NCBI RefSeq assembly: GCF_035084215.1
Contig: NW_027139717.1
Location: 1 to 64,000, forward strand
DNA: 64,000 nt
From: Heptranchias perlo
Taxonomy: Eukaryota
Direction: 5' to 3'
Each line of letters starts with the position of its first letter. Position 1 is the stretch's first letter. Made by a program: the position numbers and the translations under genes. Shown here one piece after another: positions 23,069 through 36,480 of the stretch. The notes under the pieces are model-generated. The model did no database searches. It worked only from the letters and a program-made list of their open reading frames with translations, and was not told the DNA's origin.

Positions 23069-26000
23069 CCGCCTTCTCGAGGGATCTGGACTGGTTCTTG
23101 ACTGGGGCAGAGATGGAATCTTATAGAAGGTGAGTGGTTTTCCAGTTAACCAATGCATGGTCAGTGTGATCCACTGGACTCGATTCGATAGCCTGAGGGA
23201 GTCGGGGAGGAATTTCCCAGAATTTCTCCTCCTTATTGGCCCTGGATTTTTTTCTAGTTTGTCACCGCTCCCAGGAGATTCCATGTTCCCGGTGGGTGGG
23301 GCTGGTGGTGTGTGTGGGAAGTGTCCAGTCACGATGCTCCAGGCATGTGGGGCAGGATTGATGAACGAGCTGGTCATTTCCTGCCCGTCATGTCCGTCTG
23401 TAACCCCAGATCGTCAAGGTGTTTTTAGTGAAGTGATCTTTAAACACAAAACCCACACCTGGGACAAGTCCTGTGTCCGTCTATAGTGAAATGAGACTCA
23501 ATGCTGTCTGTGCCTCACCTTGTCCTCCTCCTTTTACATTATTGTATTGTCCGTTTGGTTAAGATGAAAATACAAATTATCCGCTCTGGGCTCCTCCAGT
23601 CTCTCTGTGTTTCTCTCTCTTCCTAAACTGACTGACTGTCAGATAATAGTAACTGGTGTCCTCTCCATCCCGTTCTCAACACTCAGACACGACTACTTAC
23701 TGAATAAATTCAACACTCACAGACAGTCCAGTGTCAGACAGTTACAGACGGTTTCTCTCCACCTTTCCTTACAGGACTGGCGAATGATGAATGCCCCGTC
23801 AGACCGGTTGATATACAGTAAAAGGGACAGTGACCGTCTCACCAATAGCACCGGAGGTTTGTTCACAGACACAGAATCAGTCTTTCCCTTTCTATCAGTG
23901 TGTCTATATTACGCTCAGTAACAGTATCCCGCCTCCTTGTATAGCACTGGGGAGAGAGAAAGACAGACAGACAGAGAGAGACACACAGACAAACAGACAC
24001 AGTATCAGTCTCACACTTCCCATCAGTGTGTCCGTTTCACACTCAGTAACAATATTCCACCTTCATGTACAGCGCTAGAGAGAGATAAAAACAGACAGGC
24101 ACAGTATCAGAATTACACTTCCTATCAGTGTCTCTGTATCACTCTCAGTAACAGTATCCCACCTTCATAATCTGTTCAAAAGAGAGAGAGAGAGAAACTG
24201 ACCTGTAATGTCCCGTTTTCACACAGTAACAAATTGGAAAATATTCCATTCCAATTGCTATTCCAAGGTGGAGTGACAGAAGATGCAGTCTCATCTCTCA
24301 CTGATATTATTTCAGAGACAGACACATTATTAATCCCACTCTCAGGGACAGTGTCACACATTTAACCCTCTCTTGCATGTTGTCCCCTCTGCAATCTTGC
24401 AGCTCAGGACCGCTCTGTATTACTCTCAGTGACCGAGAGTTTCACTCCGATTGAAATAAACTGGGACTGTTGCTGCCTGATATTAATCCTACACGGTCCC
24501 AGCAAATACACCAACTCCCACTTTCCTCCCCCGTTTCTCCAGGATTGGTTTGAGGAATCCTCCCTCCAGTTTCGGAGTCAAACGTTACTTTATCAGTAAG
24601 GGAGCCAAGAATGAACAGAACCCATTGGCTCATTCCACAGCCGCTCACTTTATCTCTGAAAGACTATTTCCCATCAAAAGAGCCCGAGAGAAACAGCAGG
24701 GATGGAAACCTCGAGTTTAATAGTTGGAGATTGTAAAGTCAGTCTGGATTCCAGCGTTAGGCACTGGTGGAATCCCATCTGTTTCCCATTCTGGTGCCTG
24801 TTCCTGCACTGCCTGTGGAGCCCATTCCCTCTGACCTTTCCCCCAGACCCACTTCCTTTGCTCAGACAGGCGGGAATGGAGAGATCACGGCCCCCGGGGG
24901 AAGGGAGCAAAGAGCAGCCTCGTTACAGCAGCTCATCGCTCCGGGACCGTGTCCGCAGATGGGCTCAGAGATCGGCATTGAGTCCGGGGGAAGGGCAGGG
25001 GGAGTCCGGGGGCTGTTTGTAAGAGGCGGAGTGGATCAGGAACTGGTCCCGGAACATGGAGTGAGAGGGGGGAAGGGAGAGGTCATTCTCGGGCTGGGTG
25101 TGGACAGGGTGTGTCCAGGGGAAGGGAGAGAGAATGGGAAGAACCTGCTATTAAAACCATTGCTGCTTTCTCTCCCCAAACCAGGAGTGAATGGTCCTGG
25201 TTTAGTTCCAGTCTCACCCTGTTTATTGTTATTGGACAGTGAAGAGTGGGAACAGAGCCGGACAGTAAGGATGTGGGGAGTTATACAAAGAGCATCTATT
25301 GCAGGCAGCAGGTGAGAAGTGTGAAGGACACAATTTAAACAGCGGCTGTTTATTTTCGGTTGAACGGTTAGTCCCATGGGAGAGGAGATTAGAAACCTGA
25401 CCTGGACAAAGGTCCCTGCCCCATCGGGTAGTCCCATTCATGGATCAGTGCAGGGGTTGGGTTGTGTCTGGATGTCACTAAATTGTTGTAAAACAGCCCA
25501 ACACACCTGGTGTGCAGAAGCTGAGTGCTGCAGTGGAGTCAGACACTGACACTGTTTGTATCACCGGTTTTCATTTGTGGATATTCTAAATGATCATTAG
25601 AGATATTAAACTGATAACTTTTCCATTTTCAACCTCACCATTTCTTGAGTTACAAGAGATCATTTTCTTTCCACAGGCGAATCCTTGAATGATCCAGAAT
25701 GAATGTGATGTTTCCTCCACCCGAGGCACAAGGAGGAGTGCAGCCAGCTCCTTCTCACACACAGGAGGTACATTATCACCCACAGAGCACAGAGACACAG
25801 ACAGGTCATCAGTTCCACAGTCTCAGACAGTAGAAGTCGTCAGTCCCACACTGATCCCAAGTTCCAGAGACACACTTTCAATCCAACAGTCAAACAGAGC
25901 GGGTCAGGCAGACACTGTTCCATTTGCCCCGAACTCAGTCCCGCTGACAGGTCGATACAAAAATCCCAGTCCAAAATCACACTCTCAGATTGAAAGGCAC

Positions 26001-26659
26001 TGTGTCAATCTCACAATAGGGCAACATAGCTACGAATTAAATACCAGAGAGAAATCACACATGGTACCCGATTGAAAGGGACAGAATGAATCCCAATAAT
26101 GTACCCGAGATTCCAATTGAATACTATCCCAGAACTCTCACACACATGACTTTAATACATGAAATATCCATTCGAAAAGTGTACCATTTGCTACAAATCC
26201 AAACCTCACGTACAGTATCGATTGAGAAATACTGAAAGATAGTAAACCTGAGAAGCAAATTAGATACCAGTTCAGACTGCACTCGCAGAATGAAATTTAA
26301 AGATAGAGTATCAATTCTATTAGTGCAGACTGAGATACACATTATATACCAGTCCAAAAATCTCATACAATATTAGACTGAAAGATACAGTATCAATTCC
26401 ATTTCTACAGACTGATCTACACATTACAAACCAATTAAAAAATGTCACCTTATCAGTTTGAAAGATTCATTATCATCCACAATTGTACTCAGATTTAATA
26501 GTAGTCCAAAAAGCACACAAATTATCTGATTAAAACCTCCAACATTAAATCCTAAAGTTCGTCCATATTTACAAATTAAATAAGGAGTAAAACTCTTCAA
26601 ACATTAAGATATTAAAGCTAAAGTATTGAACGCAATAATGTAATCTGAGAGAATAATTA

Positions 26660-27255
26660 CGTACAGATACAGAATGAATCTCACATTCAGATACAGTACC
26701 AGACACACAAACACAGAATGAATCCAACACTCACAGATACAGAAGGAATCCCAAACTCACATACAGTACTAGAGACTGACAGACACAGAGTTAATCCCAC
26801 ACTCTCATCAAGTACCAGGGAATGATAGGTACAGTATGAATCCCACACTAACATGCAGTATGAGTAACTGCATATTTAGGATGAATTCAACTCCCACATA
26901 CAGTCATGGGGACTGTATATAAAGAATGAGTCCCACACTCACATGGAGTACCAGAGACTGACAGATACCGAAAGAATCCCACACTAACACACAGTATGAG
27001 AGACTGCATATAAAGAATGAATCACAAACTCTCACACACAATGCTGACAAGATACAGAATCAATCCCAAGTTCACACACTGTACCAGAGACTGACAGATA
27101 CAGAATGAATCCCACACTCACACACAGCACCAGAGACTGACAGATACAGAATGAATCCCAGTAAACTATCAGGGAATCAGCACAGACCGGGGATCAGGGC
27201 CTTTACCCAGTAAACTATCAGAGAATCAGCACAGACCAGGGATCAGGGCCTTTCA
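26660..27255. repeat. Degenerate tandem repeat of about 45 bp (acagaatgaatcccacactcacacacagtaccagagactg..) followed by a duplication of about 49 bp
   Basis: Recurrent gaatcccacact/cagtaccagagact motifs; cccagtaaactatcag..gatcagggccttt occurs twice at 27157-27253. Confidence 0.75.
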
Positions 27256-27323
27256 CCTGTCAGAGAGAACATTGTATCACAGATCACATTCTGATTTACA
27301 GCCGTGCATAACAGATGTTTGTA

Positions 27324-27406
27324 GCTGCGATGGCCGAGTGGTTTAAGGCGTTGGACTCGAAATCCCCTGGGGATTTCCTGCGTACGTTCGAATCCTGTTC
27401 CCAGTG
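27324..27406 (+). pseudogene. tRNA-Ser(CGA) pseudogene
   Basis: gctgcgatggccgagtggtttaaggcgttggactCGAaatcc..gttcgaatcctg..cagtg matches tRNA-Ser(CGA), with mismatches in the anticodon, T and acceptor stems. Confidence 0.82.
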
Positions 27407-27910
27407 ATACTTCTTAAAGTTATTTTTACTGCTCAAATAACGATGAACTGGAGTTGACGAACCGCATTCCCTCTCTCAGAGAGACTCTCCAGCGCGGCTC
27501 ATGCTTTTAATTCGGAGCCCAATGGTCTCTTGCAAAATTGCGAGACACGTGAAGGAATCTCTCCCAAGCTCCATCTTAAATTCTGCCCGTTCGCAGAACT
27601 TGACATTGATCCTATTTCTTCCTGTACTTTGATCCCACCTTGTCTCTGTCTCTGACTCTCTGTGTTTTTCCCTCATGGACTCCTCAGGCTTCGTTGAACA
27701 GCCACGGATGATCGAACCTGGAACACCGGCAGTGAAGGGTAAAGATGGAAAGACTGAGACGGGGGGAGAAGCAAAGGTGCAACCCAGCTGATGAATTCGT
27801 AACTAATGTCCACACATTTATGTCTCTTCACCCTCACAGTGAAAAATCAGCAATTTGAGTCCAGTCCACTTATGGTAGAGTGGATAATATGCAGATGTTG
27901 AGACAGACAC

Positions 27911-27969
27911 CAATCGAACCGTTGCCGTGGTGATGAAAGCTCCGAATCCTAAACACTGGACCACAAGGA
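27911..27969 (-). pseudogene. tRNA-Glu(TTC) pseudogene, 3'-truncated
   Basis: Reverse complement reads tccttgtggtccagtgtttaggattcggagctTTCatcaccacggcaacggttcgatt. Confidence 0.72.
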
Positions 27970-28594
27970 AACGCTGAAAATTCTTTGCTGTGAACAAGCA
28001 GACCAACGCGGCCTTTCCCACTCGCCCCTTTGTAATTCAGGTCATTTTCGTGTCAGACAAGCTGCTCGCACAAAATGGCATTTTCTGTTCGAACGACTAT
28101 CGGGACAGAAGGTGATGTTCAGGCAATGACAGCACCAAGTGCAAGTAGGCATGGACATGGAATGGAAAGTGAGGGAAAATACTCCCACAAGCTGCTGATG
28201 GACATGTTTCCATTTCCAAAATTCACGCATCGAATCAATGCAGCTGCTGGGAAAACTCCAAGGCAACGCAGGTCTATCGGGCATCGTTTGAAGCAACTGG
28301 CAGTTTAAAGTGTCATCTCCTGCTGCTCCTGTGGGGAGTGAGGGAGAGACACTGTCGGTATCTGCGTACAGTTTGATTTTGTACAAAACTGTACAGAGAA
28401 AGAGCAAATATACCAGGGCTGTGAGATATTCTATATTATTCATATTTGACCAGAGGAATATCCGCAGTCAGAAGCTGAAAAGAAGGGAGAGATAAGAGGC
28501 CTGAGAATAAACACAGAGCTGAATGAATCACGGAAGAGTGAAAGAAAAATAAATGTTATCAGTTCCACTTTATCTCGTGCTCAATCCTGGGAGC

Positions 28595-28662
28595 TCCCCG
28601 ATGGACTGGTGGTTAAAATTCAGTGCTCCCATCACCGCGTGGTTCCATTCCCAGTCAGAGAA
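28595..28662 (+). pseudogene. Highly degenerate tRNA-Glu-derived pseudogene
   Basis: tccccgatggactggtggttaaaattcagtgctcccatcaccgcg..ggttccattcccagtcagagaa is colinear with tRNA-Glu(CTC). Confidence 0.65.
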
Positions 28663-29408
28663 TTAACTTTAACAAGAGTTATGAACTTAATAAATAATTA
28701 CATGAAGCTAATTAAACCCTGTTCGTAGTTGAATGACTGTTTTAATCACCATTAATCAACCAATAACGTTCTGTTTCAGACTGAAGGAGATGCCGACATG
28801 GTTACCGAGAGACAGACAGACAAAACTTGAATAAGATTTTTGTGCTTTGCATGTGATGAAATTTCATCATTTTACAGACTGGATCTTAAGAGTGGGATTA
28901 AAAGCTCAGTGCAGCCGTTGTTAAATTTAACATTAACAGGCAATTGTCGCCGTTTATCACAGGAACGCCCGAACCGGTTCTCCGATGAAGATGAAAGTAA
29001 CGCAACGAGGAACATCTGATCCAACACGAAAGGCATCGGGCTGTGATAAAAATCCCCACCGTTTTGCTTTTCCAAAATAAAGGGTGTGACATTTATTCTC
29101 TGAAAATAGAAACAGTCTGGTCTCACTCACTACAGTAATCTCTCTGTCACAGTGAACCAGCTCTCCTACTGCGAGTGTGACCTCCCTTCGGGCCTTTCGG
29201 GGGCTTGTCTCAAGATGAATTGTGATTTCCGTGAAGCCAATGTTCCATTCCTTTATATGATTCATGTGCCTGATTTCCGACCGCAGGGTAAATGGTGGAA
29301 TATCAGCCCTGCTCAGCTGGCAATGATCACAGTACATTTTCTTGCAGACAAAACACACATTGAAACCCTGGAATTTTGATACGATGAATCCTGAGGAAAA
29401 ATAAAATA

Positions 29409-29457
29409 AGGACTCGAATCATCAAACTTTTGTGCCAACCGATTGCGCCACCGAGTC
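29409..29457 (-). pseudogene. tRNA-Asn-derived remnant lacking the anticodon arm
   Basis: Reverse complement gactcggtggcgcaatcggttggcac/aaaagtttgatgattcgagtcc matches the 5' half and T arm of tRNA-Asn(GTT) with the middle deleted. Confidence 0.6.
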
Positions 29458-30360
29458 AGGTGGAAAAATCATCCGCTAAATCAGTAATTCACTGAGCTAA
29501 ACCTTGAGGCTGCAGTGACCAATATAACAGCTGTCTACTGTCAGTTTACTTTTACAAAATCAAGAGTTGGAGCTTGCAGGAGTGAAAATCCAACAAGCCG
29601 GTCTTCACTCTTAAAGCAGCAACTGTGAAGTTAAGAGAAACGTGCCGGAGAAATACTCGATTTCAGCGCGGTGACACTGGGCCAGAGTAAAGCTCAGTTA
29701 ATATGATCGTCGAGTGGCGAGAGGGTGGATTTGGAATTCCTGAGCATTTTCCAGATCTGCTTGGAGCACCAATCCCTTCAATTCATCACTTACAGGGACA
29801 ATTCGATTCGCGGTTTCTTTTCCCTGAGCTTGGCGAGATCTTAAAAATTGAAAGCGACTAATATCAAAGCGAACCTCGTCACCGACATGCTCACAGATAC
29901 AGAGCGGTCACACTCTGCTTCAGTGAGATGAAAGCCCAGAGCAGTTTCAATGTCGAATGTAATTGGAAGCAAAGCTCGTTCAATGAAAGTGCAGGTCATT
30001 GAGGTGCCTTTAAAGTCCTGATTGTTTGAACTGAATTTCTTTCAAAAGCGCTTGAGATTCAGGTGGAGTGATTTGGGGACTCCTTTTCCCTCTTCGCAAA
30101 ACTTTGAACCGCAGATCAAGATCCAAAGTCCAGGGCTAAATTAGGGTTTCTCCAGGGTATGAAACATCGAATCAAGAATTATACCCCGACCTCAACGAGC
30201 CCAGAAACAAGAACGTGTCACGGACACATTCTATGAGAGGGCTGTCTGTATGATGAAAAGGCATTTTTGAAAAGACCTCCTGATCAGTTCCGTGTTGGAT
30301 CCTGAACAAAACACAGCACTGTGTGCTTCTCAAATTCACTGAACACCATGAATTACACAA

Positions 30361-30434
30361 AGGCACCACTAGGAATTGAACACAGGATCTCCTGTTTACT
30401 AGACAGGTGCTTTAACCAACTAAGCCACGGTGCC
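30361..30434 (-). tRNA. tRNA-Thr(AGT), near-intact (one T-stem mismatch); possibly a pseudogene
   Basis: Reverse complement GGCACCGTGGCTTAGTTGGTTAAAGCACCTGTCTAGTAAACAGGAGATCCTGTGTTCAATTCCTAGTGGTGCCT. Confidence 0.85.
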
Positions 30435-30749
30435 AATTCATGGGAGCGTTTCGCACCTCCTCTCATTAATATCTATCAGCGACACGTCACATTCTGTTGA
30501 TGATTCAGACTGTTTTATCTTTGTCTCTTTCGCTTGCCAGTTTCCCTGTGAATCCCGATACTGACTGCGTTTCAGGCTGTGTTTATCTTTCTGTGTCCAT
30601 CAGTGCTTTGATAGACGAATGAATATGTGTGCTTGTGTTTGTTTGTTACTTTAAATAAATTAGGGATGGACAATTCTCGCTCTGACACTGAAGAACTAAT
30701 TGAGCAAATTTCACAGTGAAGTGTTGTTTATTGTGGTGCTGAAACGAAA

Positions 30750-32680
30750 AAAAAATCGTGAAAGGTGCAAAGAGGGAAAACGAGAAAAACTTGTGAGTGA
30801 AATTAAGGACAACTTTCAACGTTTTTACACGTATATTATGAGAAAGAAGGGTGACTAAGAGTAATGTGGGCCCCTTAAAGACAGATGGAGGTGATATTGG
30901 AATTGAAAATCAGGAAATGGCAGACTTGCTAAATACTCACAGAAAAGCATGAGGATAATAAACCAGAGACACGAGGAAAACTGAAAATAAATCAAGGGGA
31001 TTCAGTGTAAGTAAAATAATGGTAATGGAGAAAACAATTAGACTAAAGATAGACAAATCTCCAGGACCTGATGGTGACCATCCCAGGGGACGAAGGGGAA
31101 TAGGTGAGGAAATTGTACATGCTTTAGTCATGATCGTTCAAAACTCTCTTGATTCAGGAATTGTTCCATGGATTGAAAAAATTCAAATATCATTCCATTA
31201 ATTAGGAAGGGTAGGAGAGATAAAACAGGAAATTATAGACCTATTAGTCTGACGTCTGTTGTGGGGAAGTTACCAGAATCTGTTATTGGGGAAAGAATGA
31301 CTGAGCACTTGGATAAACATGAATTGATCAGAGAGAACCAGCATGGATTTGTAAAGGGTAAGACAAGTCTAACGAAAATAGTTGAACTTTTTGAAGATGT
31401 AACTAACGTGGTAAATAATGGAGTGTCTATGGGTGTTATGTGTATATTGACTTCCAGAGGGATTCGATAAGGTTTAACATCAGAGACTGTTAACAGAAAT
31501 GAGAACATGTGGAATTCAAAGCAACCCATTGACATGGGGAGGGAGTTGGTTTGGAGGTAGGAGACAGAGAGTAGGGTTAATGGGTATGTACTCAAATTGA
31601 CAGGATTTGATTAGTGGTGTCCCCCAGGGATCTGTATAAATGAGGCAGATAAAGGAATAGAGAGCGGTATATCCAGGTTTGTTGACGACACCAAGTTTGG
31701 GTGCACAGTGAGTTGTGTAGATGGGAGCATAAAGTTGTAAAAGGAAATTGATAGATTCAGTGAGTTGGTAAAACTGTGTCAGATGGAGCTTACATAGAAT
31801 TACATAGAATGCACATCACAGAAACAGGCAATTCGGCCCAACTAGACCATACCGGTGTTTATGCTGCAGACGAGCCTCCTCCAACCCCTCTTCATCTAAC
31901 CCTATGAGCAAACCCGAATATTCCTTTCTCCTCCATGTGTTTATCTCACTTCACCGTAAATGCATCCATGATATTCGCCTTAACTACTCCTTGTGGGAGC
32001 GAGCTGCACATTCTAACGCCTCTCTGGATAAATATGTTTCTCTTGAATGCCAGATTGGATTTATTGATGACTATTATATTCATGGCCCGAAGTTCTGACG
32101 TCCCCACTCCCAAAAGTACAAACACCTTATCTACATCTGACCGATCAAACCCTTGCATAATCTTAAAGTCCTGTATCAGGTCACCCTCAGCCTTCTCTTT
32201 TCTCGACAAAAGAGCCCCAGACTGTTCAAAGTTTCAATCTGGGGAAGTGTGAGACCATCCACTTTGGCGCGAAGCAAGATAAATCAGAGTATTTTCAAAA
32301 TGGTGAGAAGCCAGGAACTGTGGGTGAGCAGAGATACTTCGGGAAATCATGACGAGTTGGCAGACAGGTGCAAAAAATAATTAAAATGGCTAATGGAATG
32401 TCAGCCTTTATCTCAAGGGAACTGGAAATCAAAAGGGTGGAATTTATGTTAGAATTCTATAAACTCTGCTAAGGCCACATTTAGAGCACGGCATTCAGTC
32501 CTGGGCACCAGACCTCAGGAAGGATATATTGGCCTTGCAGGAGGTGCAGCGCAGAAAGACCAGAATGATACCGGGGCTAAAATGGTTACATTATGAGGGC
32601 AAGTTGCGTGGACAAGGTTTGTATTTCCTCGTGTATAGAGGATTAAGTGGTGATGTAATTCAGGTGTTGAAGGTGATTCA
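30750..32680. mobile_element. Nested CR1 fragments (+ strand RT at 30750-31790 and 32230-32680, interrupted by a - strand CR1 tail at about 31790-32230)
   Basis: KSPGPDG, YRPISLTSVVGK, QHGFVKGK and SGVPQGS on +; a catagaat tail and RGDLI-like sequence on -. Confidence 0.82.
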
Positions 32681-33715
32681 ATGATCCAATGGTGGGTGTG
32701 TGAGTTGGTGCTGAATCGGTCCCCTTCAGTGAAGAGAGGGTCAGCGGGCGCCTGACAGACACGGCTCGGAACGGGACTTGCTTCTCTCCGGCGGCAGCGG
32801 CTGGTTTAGAGAGATCTCTCTGTCTGCTGCTGTTACTCCGCCTCCCGCACTCTGGGAGAACCGCGGAGGTCGGTCCTCATTTTTCTCTTATGGATCCGGC
32901 TCCATCCGTTTACTGTTGACGGGAGTGCGTCTGATACCAAGTCAGTCAGAAGCGGGTGCAAATCACAACATAGGCACAGGCCCAAGGACTGGGGACTGGT
33001 TTGATATTGGGTCCTTTTTAAGGGATAGGCTGTAGAATGTTTGTATAATAATAATGATCAGAATTAACTTTGATACAATGAAGTTTTTTTCAGTTATTTC
33101 CCATTTCCACCCTCACCAGTTTTATACAGCAACAGGTAACAATGTTTGAGGGATGTGATGTCCAGTGTTGGTGGAATCAGTGTAATTTAACTTAATACAT
33201 TGAAGAATCTCTTGTCTATCCCAGGCTCTTACCTTCGGTTTAGACCCTCACCGAGTTTAAAATTGGCCACTCACTGATATAAATAAACCAGTAACAATCC
33301 CGAAACCTCAGCGGGGATATTTGTTCCGATACTTAATGACTGTCCCAATTTCCACTGAAATTCTCAATCAGCAAATCCCAGAGGCTGTTTCGGGTTTCAC
33401 AAACTGTGAAACAGATTGTTTTAAAAGCCGGAAAGAGGGAAAAACTGGTGGTTGATATGAAGTGTTATACATTATCTCTTTCTGTTTCAGATTTACAATT
33501 TCTCTTTGTGTGTTACTGGCAGGAGAGGCTATAACGGAGCCCAGTGACTGGGTAACGAGCTGCACTGAGTCATTGGCCTGTGTTACAGACCGGCTCGTTG
33601 GACCTGCTCATTTCGTGAACTCGCTGGTGTCTCAGCACGTGTGATGACTGAGTGAATCCCTTCCCACACACGGAGCAGGTGAAAAGTCTCTCCCCTGTGT
33701 GAGTGCGTCGATGTC

Positions 33716-34867
33716 TCAGCAGTTTGTTTGTGATTTTAAATCTCTTCCCACAGTCAGAACATTTAAAGGTCTCTCAGTGTGAACTTGCTGGTGTTTCAGC
33801 AGGGTGGATGACCGAGTGAATCTCTTCTTACACACGGAGCAGGAGAACGGCCTCTCCCCAGTGTGGGTGCATTGGTGTGTCAGCAGATTACATTTGCTTT
33901 TATACCTCTTCCCACAGTCAGAACATTTAAAAGGTCTCTCATCGGAGTGAACTTGCTGGTGTGTCAGGAGGTGAGATGACCGAGTGAATCTCTTCCCACA
34001 CACGGAGCAGGTGAATGGCCTCTCCCCCGTGTGGGTGCGTTGGTGGCTAAGCAGTTCAATTTTGCTTTTAAACCTCTTCTCACAGTCAGAACATTTAAAA
34101 GGTCTCACATCAGTGTGAACTCGCTGGTGTGTCAGGAGGTGAGATGACCGAGTGAATCCTTTCCCACACACAGAGCAGATGAACGGCCTATTCCCAGTGT
34201 GAGTGCGTTGGTGTTTCAGCAGTTCAATTTTGCTTTTAAACCTCTTCTCACAGTCAGAACATTTAAAAGGTCTCTCATCAGTGTGAACTCGCTGGTGTGT
34301 CAGAAGCTCAGATGACCGAGTGAATCCCTTCCCACACACGGAGCAGGTGAACGGGCTCTCCCCAGTGTGAACTCGCTGGTGTGTCAACAGGGTGGATGAC
34401 TGAGTGAATCCCTTCCCACACACGGAGCAGGTGAACGGCCTCTCCCCAGTGTGGGTACATTGGTGTGTCAGCAGATTCCTTTTGCATTTAAACCTTTTCT
34501 CACAGTCAGAACATTTAAACGGTCTCTCCCCAGTGTGAACTCGCTGGTGTGTCAACAGGGTGGATGACTGAGTGAATCCCTTCCCACACACGGAGCAGGT
34601 GAACGGCCTCTCCCCAGTGTGAGTGCGTTGGTGTGACAGCAGATTACTGTTGCTTTTAAACCTTTTCTCACAGTCAGAACATTTAAAAGGTCTCTCATCA
34701 GAGTGAGCTCGCAGGTGTGTCAGGAGGTGGGATGACCGAGTGAATCCCTTCCGACACACGGAGCAGGTGAACGGCCTCTCCCCAGTGTGACTGCGTCGAT
34801 GAGTTTCCAGCTCTGAAGGGGAATTGAATCCCTTCCCACAGTCCCCACATTTCCACGGTTTCTCCGT
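33716..34867 (-). CDS. Tandem C2H2 zinc-finger ORF, copy 2 (13 fingers); ATG replaced by ACG, so either a non-AUG start or a pseudogene
   Basis: Open frame from accACGg (34867) [10 protein letters not shown] to a frameshifted tail [21 protein letters not shown]. Upstream in-frame TGAs at 35063 and 34904. Confidence 0.7.
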   Translation of the reverse strand, partial: TEKPWKCGDCGKGFNSPSELETHRRSHTGERPFTCSVCRKGFTRSSHLLTHLRAHSDERPFKCSDCEKRFKSNSNLLSHQRTHTGERPFTCSVCGKGFTQSSTLLTHQRVHTGERPFKCSDCEKRFKCKRNLLTHQCTHTGERPFTCSVCGKGFTQSSTLLTHQRVHTGESPFTCSVCGKGFTRSSELLTHQRVHTDERPFKCSDCEKRFKSKIELLKHQRTHTGNRPFICSVCGKGFTRSSHLLTHQRVHTDVRPFKCSDCEKRFKSKIELLSHQRTHTGERPFTCSVCGKRFTRSSHLLTHQQVHSDERPFKCSDCGKRYKSKCNLLTHQCTHTGERPFSCSVCKKRFTRSSTLLKHQQVHTERPLNVLTVGRDLKSQTNC

Positions 34868-35411
34868 GGTCCGGGTGTCCTTGTGTGTCTCCAGGTTGGA
34901 CGATCAGTTGAAGCCTCGTCCACACACAGAACACGTGTATGGTTTCTCCCCGCTGTGAATGGTGCGATATTTTTTCTGGCTGTGCAATTGGGGAAAGCTC
35001 TTTCCACAGTCAGTGCACTGGAACACTCTCACTCGGGTGTGTGTGTCTCGGTGCTTTTCCACTCACACTGATGTTTGAAATCTTCTCCCACAGATAGAAC
35101 AGACAAAAGTTTCTCCTTCCACATTCAAAGGTCGATGATATTCAGGTCCTGATGAATCGAGTGACTCTGTCAGATCTTGACGAGATCTTTGGTTTGAGTT
35201 TCCTTCTGCAAATCCTCCCCTGTAAATGGAGTTTATAAAAGTTATCACTGTAATTACAAGATAGAAATTCAGATCAGATAACTCTACTTTCTATGGAACA
35301 TTATTTCCTCTCTCATTACTCAAACCTGAAAATCCCCCGTCCCACACACTCTCCCTCCTCCCTGTGCTGAAATCCAAACCCATCGCATCATCTTTCAGTA
35401 GCCCTGAACCA

Positions 35412-35760
35412 TAAGTCGCTCCCCAACCGATCACCATTTCCCCTTCATTTACAGACGCTCCCCAACCGATCACCATTTCCCCTTCATTTACAGATGCTCC
35501 CTGACCGATCACCATTTCTCCTTCATTTACAGACGCTCCCTGACCGATCCCCATTTCTCCTTCATTTACAGACGCTCCCTGACCGATCACCATTTCCCCT
35601 TCATTTACAGATGCTCCCTGACTGATCACCATTTCTCCTTCATTTACAGACGCTCCCTGACCGATCAGCATTTCCCCTTCATTTACAGATGCTCCCTGAC
35701 TGATCACCATTTCTCCTTCATTTACAGACGCTCCCTGACCGATCCCCATTTCCCCTTCAT
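35412..35760. repeat. 39-bp minisatellite, about 9 copies (mirror of 14920-15484)
   Basis: Direct periodicity. Confidence 0.95.
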
Positions 35761-36480
35761 TTCCCGGCGGGTAGTGAGGGGGGGATAATGTTCACTGTTT
35801 TATATTCGGGTCTGGGGCCGCACTCGGGGTTTGTAAAGCCTGAGCCTGGGCCTGAGCCCGGACCCGGGCCCCGGGGTTTATTGAGCCTCTTGCTCCGATC
35901 CTCTGACCTGCACCGAACGCGCTCCTCCCGCAGCCTCGACTGGCCGCGCATGCTCAGGACACACTGACCGATAATGAGTCACTACTGCGCCTGCGCACTG
36001 GGCTCCACTGATTCAGATAGGGCACAATCTGCACCGCGATGCATGCTGGGTGATGCAGCCGCCATTGATGATCTTAATATCAGGCCGAAAAACAAAGACA
36101 TTGGAAGCAGGGAGAGCGCGTTTGGACCAAAGATAATAAAATAAACTGAAACCCCAGCTCTTCGTGCCATTTAAACCGGCACAAACACACAGCGCAGACG
36201 CTCCCCCATTTTGGTGAAATCCAGAAAATATTTTTTACGGTAACTTTTATTAATTTCGTTTTATTAAATGTTGCAACTGACGGGTTCAATTAATGTTTAT
36301 TTTCGAACTGCACCTCAGGATGTCAGTTTCACCTCTAATCCCGTCCTGGTGACTAAGGAGAGTTCCGGACCAATAGGAGGAGCGGAAATTGACTGGAGGG
36401 GTGGGCGGGTGAGGGGTGAGTTGGTCCTCCAACGAATCGGAGTGTGTGAGTGCGGCACAGAATGGGCGGGTCGAAGCCCA
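35757..36480 (-). promoter_or_regulatory. CpG-rich putative promoter of ZNF copy 2
   Basis: Inverted copy of 14200-14930 with NRF1-like, CCAAT and GC boxes. Confidence 0.58.

Noticed and set aside
20898-23377. Repeat-peptide ORFs 20898..21362, 20929..21375 and 22187..23377
   Set aside because: They are products of the 54-bp and 25-bp tandem repeats, with no start context or splice evidence.
23760-25800. Exon-like segments and short ORFs (e.g. acceptor about 25677 / donor about 25768; ORFs 24674-25437)
   Set aside because: No recognisable protein homology by eye; splice signals alone are insufficient without BLAST or RNA-seq.
27700-27740. Possible further tRNA remnant (ggttcgatc B-box on -)
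   Set aside because: No A-box or cloverleaf could be reconstructed.
33480-33560. Possible antisense exon at the 3' end of ZNF copy 2 (and mirror at about 58680-58750)
   Set aside because: The acceptor is good but the donor is weak, and there is no other support.
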